Source of the DNA: Selaginella moellendorffii
Lineage: Eukaryota > Plantae > Lycopodiophyta
Reading direction: 5' to 3'
Assembly: GCF_000143415.4 (NCBI RefSeq)
Contig: NW_003314335.1
Coordinates: 402,113-466,112, forward strand
Length of the DNA stretch: 64,000 nt
How positions within the stretch are numbered: position 1 is the stretch's first letter; each line of letters starts with the position of its first letter. The position numbers and the translations under genes were made by a program. Under the pieces are notes generated by a model that saw only the letters and a list, made by a program, of their open reading frames with translations, was not told the DNA's origin and ran no database searches. Below are positions 1 through 10,695 of this stretch, one piece after another.

Positions 1-183
1 TGCCAGTGTTTCCTCTTCCTGTCAGTCGTCGCAGCTGGAAAAGTCTAGAAGGATACCAGAACACTCACCTCGTCCAGACGTAGTTGCAGCATTGGAACTC
101 GGACCAAAGTGGCAAATCCCATCCCCCGCTCTCGAAGCCTACAAGAAAGATCAGCATGGTGATGCTAGAAGAACGTACTCTAC

Positions 184-308
184 CCTAGCTTCTTGGCCAT
201 GATTGTGCCAAGGGCCTCGAGGAATTTGTAGTGCTCCGTCCACCTGTCGCGCAACTTTGTGATGGTATATGGCTTGCGGATCTTCCTGACGGCATTGCTC
301 TCCTGCAT
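184..308 (-). pseudogene. Degenerate REVEILLE/CCA1-LHY-like MYB exon (locus may continue beyond window start)
   Basis: Manual translation from ATG at 308: MQESNAVRKIRKPYTITKLRDRWTEHYKFLEALG..., matching the RKPYTITK.R..WTEEEH.KFLEAL motif but 2 residues shorter and diverging after EAL; GT donor at 183-182. Confidence 0.55.
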
Positions 309-714
309 TTGGCGCTGCTGCTGCGCGATCGAACCTGGAAATATCCCCTAATCGTGCAAAGAACTGACCAATCGTGCAGAGATTTGTTAAGAGAGTAAAG
401 CACCGACCAAGCGGAGCATAGATTTCGAGAACGCACAGATTTCGGCTGAGAACGCAACGCCGGACAGCAAGAACAGAGATACATTTTCATAACAAGACTT
501 CGAATTTTACTATAAATGGGCAAATTACCATAACATATCAGGTTATTCTGGTGTCCCAAAATGCCCAATTCTGGCACTAGTGTACCAGTCATCCTACTTT
601 ATATTGCTTTTATTTGTATAGTATTGCATATACCTTTTAATTAGTTAAGTGAACATTGTTAGCCAATAAGTATTCAATGAAGGACAAGTTTTTCTAACCA
701 AATTTTTATGAGTA

Positions 715-3022
715 TAAGAATAAATATATTAATTGGGGTTTAGACCCCTAATTATATACAAGAATGAATGGACCAAATTCAATCCAAATGGACAGTTTAT
801 ATGCTTTAGTACTATAATTAGTGCATTACTTATATACGTACATGTATTTATAAACCTTATACCATCCTCCCCTCTAGAAAATGAAAAGGTGATGATAATA
901 AGTTAGATGGAATATTTAAAGTTTCTGCTAGGCAATTATAAATTACCACAAAAAACTAAAACTTCCATAAAACCATCAACAAAGTTGCTAATAATCATGA
1001 TTGAAATAAAACTCAAAACTATGGCATAAGCATCATAGAATCTTGGTGAATCAATTGCAACTCCGTATATAACTCCCAAATGCTCAAACCAACCACATAA
1101 CTATAACTTTGAATCAAAGCAAGGGACTTTGAAAGTAGTCCATAAAATACCATTAATATAAGTTTGCCTATCAATAGGTTTTTAAGATCACCACTAACTC
1201 AAACTTAGGACCATAAATAGAACAACTATTGTCTTTGTTCAACACTACATATAAGAGGTCAGACTCATTTTATTTGTCTTCCATATCCTTCTTATCCCTT
1301 TTTGAAAGAAAAAAAGTTTTGAAGCATTAACTCCGTTCAAACTCATTGCATTTATCCTCACTCTGTTATCTATGTTTAACTTCACTTTATTATTGCATTT
1401 GTTCAGCTTTACTACATCGAGGTCGGATGTTCCATTCAAACTTGCTATACTCATCTTCACTCCACAATCCATATCATTCTTTCTCACTCCACTATTATAT
1501 TCATTCATCCTCATTTCATTGTCGAGGCTAGACTCCCGTCTATCCCCTTTACCCCCTCCTTAAAAAAAAAAAGTTTGAAATGTTAGAGTAGAAAGGAGAA
1601 AACAAGAAAAAGTGAAGAAAAACAATTATGGAAGAAGAAAAAGTGGATAAAGAAGCATTAGAAAAGGAATTTGTAACAACTAACAATACAGAAATGGAGA
1701 AATCAAAAGAAAGGCATATGCTCAAAATTTGGAAAATAAAGAACTTTCTATCATAAAATACTTCGACCACCACATAAGCAAAAGATTCACATTGCTCAAC
1801 CTCCTCAATACACAACTCGACATTTGAGATGGGAAAATTAATAATAACATTCACATGCTTAAAGGAATATATAAACTCCTTAACAACAATGATAAAGCAA
1901 AGGCTTTCAATGGCATTCACAAATAGGGATATGCATTCAACTTGAAACTTTAGCTAAAGTGATTTAACCCCTGGAATAGGGGAACTCAACAGTAGAACTA
2001 ATCAAAGACTTTGCCAATGAAACAAAAGCAAGATTTTCAACTTCATGCACACTTTCAACATCCAAATTAGTATAAGAAGGACATAAAACACTCAACTCAA
2101 CATTAAATTGAGAATGAGAATTACGAGAGTCACAAATGATTGATGTGCCAAGAGAAGAAAACATTGTAGATAAAGAAGAAATAAAAACATGATAGGGTGG
2201 CTCAAGTCGAGAATTAAAAAAAAAGTTGGGAAAGAAGAGGAAATAAAAAGAAAGGATCAAATGGTAGATTAAAGGTTTGACATCTATCGTGAAATCTCCA
2301 CTTCATCTCTAAAGTTATTTCCATAATAATCAAGTTTATCAAAACAATTTAGAACCTATTCAAGCTCATATATATCATCTTCCCATAAACTCAATTCTTG
2401 AACATTCTCTAAAAACTGAATTACATCATCTATAACTTGCCAATTGATGTCACAATTATGCTTCACATCAACAAAAGATGGCAAAACACTGAGAATAAGA
2501 CAAACTGTGTAATCACATCTCATAAAAGTTTGAGATGGCAACACCCCAAGAATGGGCAAAACACAAAATGATCACACTTTACAACACCAAAAGTTCAATC
2601 CAACAGAATAACATTAGTAGCCTCAAGTGATATATTGTTTGATCGATGATGGTGTGACGTGGTAGAAAAAGAGAATACAATGCAGATAAAAAGAAAGAGC
2701 AAATCTAAGCACAACAATAGCTATTCTAGATCTTGTAAAAAGTTAATATAGATCTAGATCTAAAAGAGAATAAAGAAATAAAAGCAACAAAACAAAAAAC
2801 ACAATCCCAAAAATTAGAGTAAAGCACTGCTAAAAAGCTTTGCTCTTCATGGACAAATTATAATGCCCTTCACTTCCATGAATATGAGTTCTCGGGATAT
2901 AAAAATAGGTATATTAATTGGGGTTTAGACTCCTATTTATATACAAGAATAGATGGACTGAATTCAATTTCAAATATGCTTTAGTACTATAAATAGTGTA
3001 TTAACTAGGTAGAAACCTTATA
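715..3022 (-). mobile_element. Degenerate LTR-type element (family B), no intact pol recognised
   Basis: Direct repeat ~715-861 vs ~2905-3022 (atattaattggggtttagac...atgctttagtactataa...aaacctta); polypurine tract AGAGGGGAGGATGG on minus strand abutting the left repeat (~862-875). Confidence 0.5.
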
Positions 3023-3287
3023 GTTATAATTAAATCAAATGATATTTTATTCAGTTTAAAGAAATATTTAAAATAATAATAAAAATAAAATAATTTATTT
3101 TAAAATGAAAAAAACAAAAAAATGCAATTAAACTCATTCAAAAGGTTATTACCTTCTTAACTCTATCTTGCATTAGATTTTAAATAATAACTGAATATGT
3201 TTAAAATTTTATTATGCCTAACTAAAAATATGCTCAAATTAAACAAACAGTTTGTTCCAGCTTTAAAAATAATAAGTTTTATGCAAT

Positions 3288-4049
3288 TTAAGCATCAACC
3301 TTAGTTTCCCAAATACTAAATCCTTTATTATTCTTAATGATTAGCTTTCCATTAGTTTCAAGATGAAGCATACAAAATATACCAGTCTTTGCAGTATTTG
3401 TAGACCATATACTTTGTTTATTAATAATATCTTCAATTATTACATAACAATTACAGAGATTTACTCTATATTTATTATTATCTGAAATTAAAAAATTCTC
3501 AGATATGATATATAAGCCAGATAGTTTTAGAGGACCATTTATTATTGTTGATCTATATGGGTAACAGTATGATTTATCAGAATCAATAATATTATTTAAA
3601 ATATCTGGTGGTGGATATGTATTGCCAGGTAAACCTTTAGATATTCTAAACTAGGAAATGGTTCATCAGGATTTTTTTTAGGACTTCCAAGTGCTATAAC
3701 ATCTATTGAAAAATATCTATATGCTGTAATAATCATTCCTACACCATAAAGACGTGCATGATATTCTACAAGTTGTAACATTTGTAAAAATGTATCTCTT
3801 AAATATTGTGTAAGAAATGAATAATCAGGTGGAAGAGATGGACAATTAACATTTCGTACACCTGTAGGAAATATGTAAATTCTTATTATAACTTGTTGAT
3901 TAACCAGCAGCAATACTATCATAAATAAAATATCCATTTGGACCAGGTGTAATCAATCTATTATCATCAATACTTTCAATTAAACGTCTCAAATTATTTA
4001 CTATAATAGCTATATGATGTGTGCCAAAATGAGCATGCCACCAAGCCAT
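3288..4049 (-). CDS. Putative 222-aa protein: unknown N-terminal domain + C-terminal bulb-type (B) lectin domain; exons 4049-3905, 3861-3701, 3650-3288
   Basis: Removing two GT-AG introns (43 and 50 bp) gives a 669-nt stop-free frame; C-terminus FLISDNNKYRVNLCNCYVIIED...IWSTNTAKTGIFCMLHLETNGKLIIKNNKGFSIWETK fits the B-lectin beta-prism pattern. Confidence 0.6.
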
Positions 4050-4239
4050 CTAGTCTGTGGTGGTTGTGCAAAGCAAAATACAAAGAAAAATATAAATATT
4101 ACTAATCTATAAACCATATTTGGTTATCAGAAGATGGTCAATGAAATTAAATACCTAGATTTTGACTAGAAAGTACTACACAAACATACAAAGATGGAAA
4201 AGGAATGACAATATCAAGGACACTCTTTTTACTTGAAAC

Positions 4240-5345
4240 CTAGGTTTTGGGTTTAAGGTTTAAATATTTAACTTTTCCACGGTTTAGACTATACATGAAT
4301 GGATGGTATATATATATATATATATAAAACTATAATTAAATATATTACCTAGACAAGGTAGTACATATATTTATGTATTTATAAACTTTACACTATCCTG
4401 GCTCTAAAAGATGAAAAAGTGATGACAATAAATTGGATGCAACATTTGAAATTTCTATTAGGTGACTATAAATTGCTATAAAAACTTGAAACTCTCATGA
4501 AACCATCAATATAGTTGCTAACAACCATGATAAAAATAAAATATAAAGTCATAATACAAACTTTAAAATCTTAATAAACCAAATGGAACTCCATGTGTAG
4601 ATACTAAATGTTTGAACCAAACTCAAAGCCATATCTGTGAATTAAAGAAAGGGACATTAAGGGTAACTATAGTCCACAAAACACCATTACAGCAAATGAT
4701 ATCTCATATTTAAATTTATTTGTTGTCCATCCTCCAAAATTACCATTAACTTAAACTTATGATTATCAATAGAACTTTATCACCTCTTTCCTTTAGTTAA
4801 CCTTCAAAACTTACATTAACTCAAACTCATGACTTTCATTACTCATTTAATATTGCCTATGAGAAGTCATATTCACTCCATTTATCCTCTACATACTCGT
4901 TGTCCCCCCTTGAATGTAAAAAAGTTCTAAAGCATTGGCTTTATTTTGATTTACTATATTTGTTTCTATGTCATCTATATTTGGCTTCACTTTATTATCA
5001 TATAAATTTAGTCTCATTGCATTGGGACTGAATATTCTATTTATATCCATTGTGTTCATCCTCACTTCACAATTCATATTATATCCTTGTTTCAATATAG
5101 TATCTACTTGTCTTCACTCTATTGTTAGAGTTACACTCTTATTCATCTTTTCTACCTTCTCCTCATAAGAAAAAACGTTTGAAATGTCAAGATATAATGG
5201 AAAAAGTGAAAAAACGAAGGAAGAGATATTATAAAAGAAGAAAAAGTACATAAAAAATATTTAAAAAGAATTTTTTAATAACTATCAAAAAGAAAATAGA
5301 GAAAAAGAAGAAGGAAATATGCTCAAATTTTGGATATAAAAAAAC
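4240..5345 (-). mobile_element. Second, truncated copy of LTR family B
   Basis: 4375-5340 is collinear with 845-1740 (e.g. tatttataaac..tatcctggctctaaaagatgaaaaagtgatgacaataa; gtttgaaatgt; tatgctcaaa). Confidence 0.55.
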
Positions 5346-5539
5346 TATAAACAACCAAAGAGAATGACTCAAAAAATAATCTAATGGAATTCAAATATAA
5401 AATGAAAAGCCTATGAATAAAAATGCACTTTTTTTTGCAATTGATTAAGAGTCTTAAAATACTTGGGGTTAAATATATTTGGGTTTGAATAGTACTAGGC
5501 TACGTAACTTTTTAAAAAGTTTAAATTTAGGAGTTTACA
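5346..5539 (+). mobile_element. Highly decayed solo LTR of the Cassandra TRIM family
   Basis: 194 bp, end-to-end collinear with LTR 22070-22263 (tataaacaaccaaag...tttgaatagtactaggc...ggagtttaca). Confidence 0.85.
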
Positions 5540-6841
5540 AGGATTATCAAAGTAAAAAAGGTTGGATAATATAGGAAATCTTGTTATAGAAAACTTCAAT
5601 GGATATATAATTTAAATAAAATAAAACTTAACATTGGTGTAATATAACATGTAAAAACAAACATTTTTAATTATACAAGATTTAAATTTGTTCTATTAAA
5701 CATTACCATAATAAAATAATTAGTTTTTGGCTTGTATAATATGTTGTAGTGAATATTTCTTGAATATGCTTAAATATTCTAAAATTAATAATGTTATTCA
5801 ATTCAATAATAATTTTAAAGTAAAATTCAGGAAAAGTTAAATTTGAAACTTGTATTGTGTATGCTAGAGTAATCTTGTAAAAATAAGGTTAAAAAATTAT
5901 TATTTTTAACTTTAATTTATATTTAGAAAAGATAAATAATGTTGTTTAAAATGCATAACAAATTATTTTAATACAATAAAAGTTATTCAAGTGTGTAAAA
6001 GGTGGTATATGTCATGAATATGTTTGTGGAAAGATAAAAATGTAAAAATTTTATGAAATCAAAAGAAGAGAAGAAATTTTATTGTCCTACAAACATTTTT
6101 AAAAAAGTTTGTTAAAATATATTTGCCATGATGCATATGAAGAGGAAATTTTTAATTAACGCAAATTTAGTTATTTTTCTTTTTGATGGGATCTTTGATC
6201 AAGCTATCCAGTGCTTTCTCAATTAATTTTTCACCAAGGAATTTCAAGGGGGCTATGGAGTTGTTAAGATTTTTTAATATAAGAGCTCAAAATGCAGCGA
6301 AATTATACCAATGTGGTACTCTAAATACAAAAATTTAAATATTTTACTTTTTAATAAGTTTTTAACTTTAAAAGTTAAAAACTTACTAATAGTTTTTTAA
6401 GTTTGAAAAATTGTTAGCAAGTTTCTAATGTTAAAAAACTATAATATAGTGTTAGGAGTCTCTCACATCCATAAAATAATTGGAGAATATTTTTTAGACA
6501 TTAAATTTATTTTAAAATTATAAATTCAGATTAAACTGTGATTTTAAGGAATTACATTGAATTGTTACTAATGCTTTGTTACTAGATGGACATGTAGTCT
6601 ATATATAGCAACATTGTTCTGAAAGAAAATTATTTAAGAAATTTATATTATACCCAGCTGGGCACCAAATTACCCTTATAAACATGGGCAACCATCTAAT
6701 CGGCTCCTGGTGCCACTGCTCCGTCTTAGCCTTCCAGTAATTCTTTGAAACTCCAGCCGATGTAAGAAAAAACGTATTAATTAGCTCCGCTTTCGAATCG
6801 ACAAAATAAAGAAGACCATCTCTATACATACACGAATCTCT

Positions 6842-7952
6842 TCAAGAACGCGCACGCTCTGCACGAAAGAAACACCAACCAGAGTTTAAACAGAGAAGAA
6901 AGGACGAGTTGATAGCAAACTTACGCCATTCTTGAAGAGATTTTCGGTGAGCGGAGTTGACACTGATCTTTGGGCGGTGTCGCTTGATCAGACTCTCGCC
7001 TTCCTTCCAATCGTCCACCACGCCCAGTGCCACCAGCAGCGCGCACATAACAGCCACACTACGCCCATGACCTGTTCACCAACAAGAAGCATCCAAATCC
7101 TCAAAGTCCTGCCAGCCAAGAGCAAAAATCCAAATGCACGTAGATAAAAATCCGAGGAAGAAAGAGGAAAAGATCATCAATGCTGAAATAGAAGAGGAAC
7201 AACATGCCAATCAAAAATATGCTGAAAGAAGACAATCAAAACATTACTTTCGACTGTATCAACCTGGATTGTAATCGCCAAACAAAGAAAGAAGAAGAAA
7301 ACCAAGAAGAACGGAGTCTAGGTGCTTGGATGGAGAGAAGAAAGAGTGCTATCAAATCTGCTTGGATGGAGAGAAGAAAGAGTGCTATCAAATCTACTTG
7401 GATGGAAAGCTTACCTTTGGCACAGTGGATGAAAACGGGATGGCTCTGGGAGCGCTGGAGGAGAGCCCAGCGCACGGCTAGCTCAATGCTCTCTGGCGAT
7501 AGCGCTCTGGTATCCCAGGCCGGGACGCACAGATAGGGAAGCTCCAACCCCACCGTCCTGGGCAGCTCGTTGGTGCAATCCAAAATCGCGGGATTGCCCG
7601 GAGGGATGTGCTCGCGCTGGAACGGCCACGCGCCCACGAACAATCCATCGCAAACCTCCGTGTAGGTGGCCTCGAGCCCCGCGCGCCGGCGGAATCGGAC
7701 GTAGAGCCGCGTACCGGCGAGGTAGGGATAGAAGAGGAAAGAGCTCCAGATCGGGAAGGAGCCGCGCGAGGATTTGGCGAGGATGCGCGGATTATCGATG
7801 CGCGGGTGGGAGAAGAGCGCTACAGTGAATCCGATGAGCGACGTGTGGAGGAGAGGGAGGAGGAAGATCCGGTTGCTGACGACGCCGAGCAATGCCGCCC
7901 CCGCCGCGAGGATCAGCGCCGCGGGAATGCCCACTGCTAGTGAAAGTCCCAT
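6842..7952 (-). CDS. Membrane-anchored dual-specificity protein phosphatase (YnbD-like)
   Basis: Hydrophobic N-terminus; after splicing intron 7414-7072 the PTP loop HCAKGHGRS (HCxxGxxRS) is formed; WD general-acid loop (VPAWDT). Confidence 0.85.
7323..7406. repeat. 36-bp tandem repeat (~2.3 copies) inside the phosphatase intron
   Basis: tgcttggatggagagaagaaagagtgctatcaaatc repeated. Confidence 0.9.
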
Positions 7953-8217
7953 GAAGAACCCTAAAACCAGAGTAACTTTACTCTTTAGAAGTATATACTT
8001 TATTTCTAGGGTTCGAAGAACTGTACTTTTAGGGTTCTTCGGATAACTTAGAAGTATATTCTAAATCACCTATACAAGTAACTTCTTACAAAGCAAAGTG
8101 GGATTCGAGGTTCTTCCTTCTGCGAATTTCACTTAGCGCTACAAGGTTAGCTCATCACAACAAAAAAGCTTCTCCGGATCACTCTAGCTCGCTTAAAAGA
8201 TATCGATCGACGAATCT

Positions 8218-9492
8218 TTACCTTTGGCGAGGACAATACTCGAGAACTTGCACGGACGCTGGATCCTTGGGGCCACAGCCATCCATGAGCGACAGTGGTG
8301 TATTATACACGACCCACCATTTGCGTACGAGCTCTTTCACGTCCTTACGATCCATGTTTGCGACCTCTCCGGTGTAAGCCCAAGGCTTGGATCCCTGTCG
8401 CCATCGAGTAAAAGTTTTCAATCGATTCCCCAAGCTTGAAGGAAGCTTTTCGAGCTAGACAAGAACTTAGAAACTCTGAAAATTACCGTAGCGCAGTAGT
8501 GGATCACTTTGGTCTTGGCCAGGTTGACGTTCTCGGGGTGCCTCCACAGCATCGCCAGCACCAAGTTATACGCGTTTGGAACCGGCCGGAAGGCGTCCTG
8601 GAAGAACAGGTTGAGGAAATCCTGCCATGGAGCAGCAAAGATTCACTCAGTGTTTCTCGAGAGAAAAGTTTTGAGCTTTACCTGTTCTGCGAATGGCGTG
8701 GGGGGATTCTTGGCCAGGGCTTCGATCATCCGGCCGAAAGTCTTGCTGTTCGGCTCGAAGACGAACATCCCGGCATTGAAGTACGGCTTTGGGGGCTCGC
8801 CGAGGGCGAAGTTCCAGGGGACTCGGTCGGGGCACTGCTGGCAGTAGCCGAGCTTGAACTGGGGAGTGTGGCTCCACGTCTTCTCGCAGAAGCAGTCTTT
8901 CACGGCGGTGAAGGATCCGGGCGGCGAGAGATCGAAGAGCTCGTCGATGTTCTCGAAAACCATCATGTCCGCGTCGAGATACAAGAGCTGATCGTAGTCC
9001 TCGAACTGGACAAGAACGCCCAAGTATACATTAGTTCTCTAGAGGATTCGAGAAGATCGCCACAAATAAAAAGGGAGAGAAGAGAGCGAACAAAGAAAAC
9101 CAAGAACGCAAGAAACACAAGCAGCGACACGAATCCGATCGAAAGACGACCGCTTTGAGGAACCCAGTAGCGAATCCGTGGCGGAAAAGAGAGAGCTCAC
9201 TCACCTCCCACATCCGGAGCTTGGAGTAATTGATGACATAGTGGGGCATCGCGAAGGCGCAGACTCCCGGCGGCGGGAGAACCGGCTGGATGGATCGCAC
9301 ATTGCAGCCGTGCGCGAGGAGGAGATCGGTGTGGCGGCGCGGGACATCCGGAAGAACGCTGACGATGAGCTCGTATCTCGAGTCGACGAGGCGCAGGCTC
9401 TTGGAGAGGCCGATCACTCCTTTGATGTAATCGCCATCGCCGGCGAGGAAGGTGACAAAGGCCCGCCGCTTCTCTTCGCCTTGTTGAGGCAT
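8218..9492 (-). CDS. GolS: Galactinol synthase (GT8), multi-exon
   Basis: AFVTFLAGDGDYIKGVIGL, FAMPHYVINYSKLRMWE, YLDAD, DCFCEKTWSHTPQFKLGYCQQCP, YFNAGMFVFEP, PTPFAEQ, GSKPW motifs. Confidence 0.93.
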
Positions 9493-9979
9493 CACACAGG
9501 GAGGAGAAAGGAGAAGAATTTGTAAGGTATCTTCTATGGATCTTTTTTGGCTTTAAGCATTCCGGTGATCTAATCGGAATGGACAGGTGGCAGTATTTCC
9601 CAAGGCTTTGGGTTAATTATATTCCCGGAGAATCTAGCAGCATCTATTTCTTTTGCCCTGTCGGATATCTGGCCAAGTGGCCCTAGATAGTATGGTTACG
9701 ATGTACTTTATTATTTTTTAATTTTTGATCGACGGTTGTAATTTTTTTTAAAAAAGTAAGGATGCACTAAAGAGTGAAAATTTAAAGCAATTGTTACTTT
9801 TTTTATATTTTGACAGTTAGAGGAAATACAGAAAGTAAGGCTTTTAAATATTTATTTGTCTTTTATGACCAATAAATTACATATATTTAAATTGTAAATC
9901 AAATAGGAGCTATTATTGACATATAAACATATAAATGTTTTTAGTTGCTGAAGTATTTTCTAATTATTGCACCCATACA

Positions 9980-10432
9980 ATGATTCTAGTGATTATGCTT
10001 TTGCTAATACTAATTCCTTTGGAGGTAATTAATTTTAGCTTGTTCATTTTCAGGAGTGCTTTTGAAATTTTAACAAAGTTTTAACAGGCTGGACAGTTTT
10101 CAAAGACGTGTTATAACGTAAGACTGTGGTACCATGGGGAGCTGTGGGCAAACTGTGAGCCTTCTAAGCAATCAAGCAAAATTTCTCTAGACAACTACGT
10201 ATCCAATGGCAATGGCAAGATGGCTGTGCCTGGGAATGGTTTCTCCCAATACTGTTATCTCTTCCAAATTTTTGACATAAACACTAATAATCCTGAGGAT
10301 GCCGAGAGGCCTCCAAAAGGACTTGGAGCTTGGTGCAAGAATGAGCACAACAAGGATGAGTGGTCTAGTATTGTCCTTGACGACTACATAGAAAACATTG
10401 ACGGAAATATCCAATGGACTGGCCCAATCTAA
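9980..10432 (+). CDS. Secreted cyanovirin-N homology (CVNH) lectin, 129 aa; exons 9980-10024 and 10088-10432
   Basis: Signal peptide MILVIMLLLILIPLEA, 63-bp GT-AG intron, then GQFSKTCYN...ANC...SSKISLDNYVSNGNGKM...GFSQYC...AWCK...SSIVLDDYIENIDGNIQW: two-repeat CVNH pattern with 4 Cys. Confidence 0.88.
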
Positions 10433-10695
10433 CATAGAACAAGTGAGTGCTTTTTATTCACTAACACACCATCTAAGTACTAAAGCCTAGCGAAATTATA
10501 ATATTAATATTACAATAATAGATATAAAAGTAACTAAATAGTGAATATATGACCACAAAATTTTGCATAGTTCAATATTGTAAAAGCGAGCATAAGTAGA
10601 GAATATTCTCACTGCCGAAATTAGGTAAAGCACGAGATAATTTTTCAAATTCAAACTGTGCCCTGTTTTTAGGGTTCTTGCGAGAAGAATGAGCA

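Noticed and set aside
3701-3830. Peptidase M15-like motif (LQMLQLVE...IITAYR..SID) in the hidden gene
   Set aside because: The His ligand segment is missing and the spacing is too short; resemblance too weak to call
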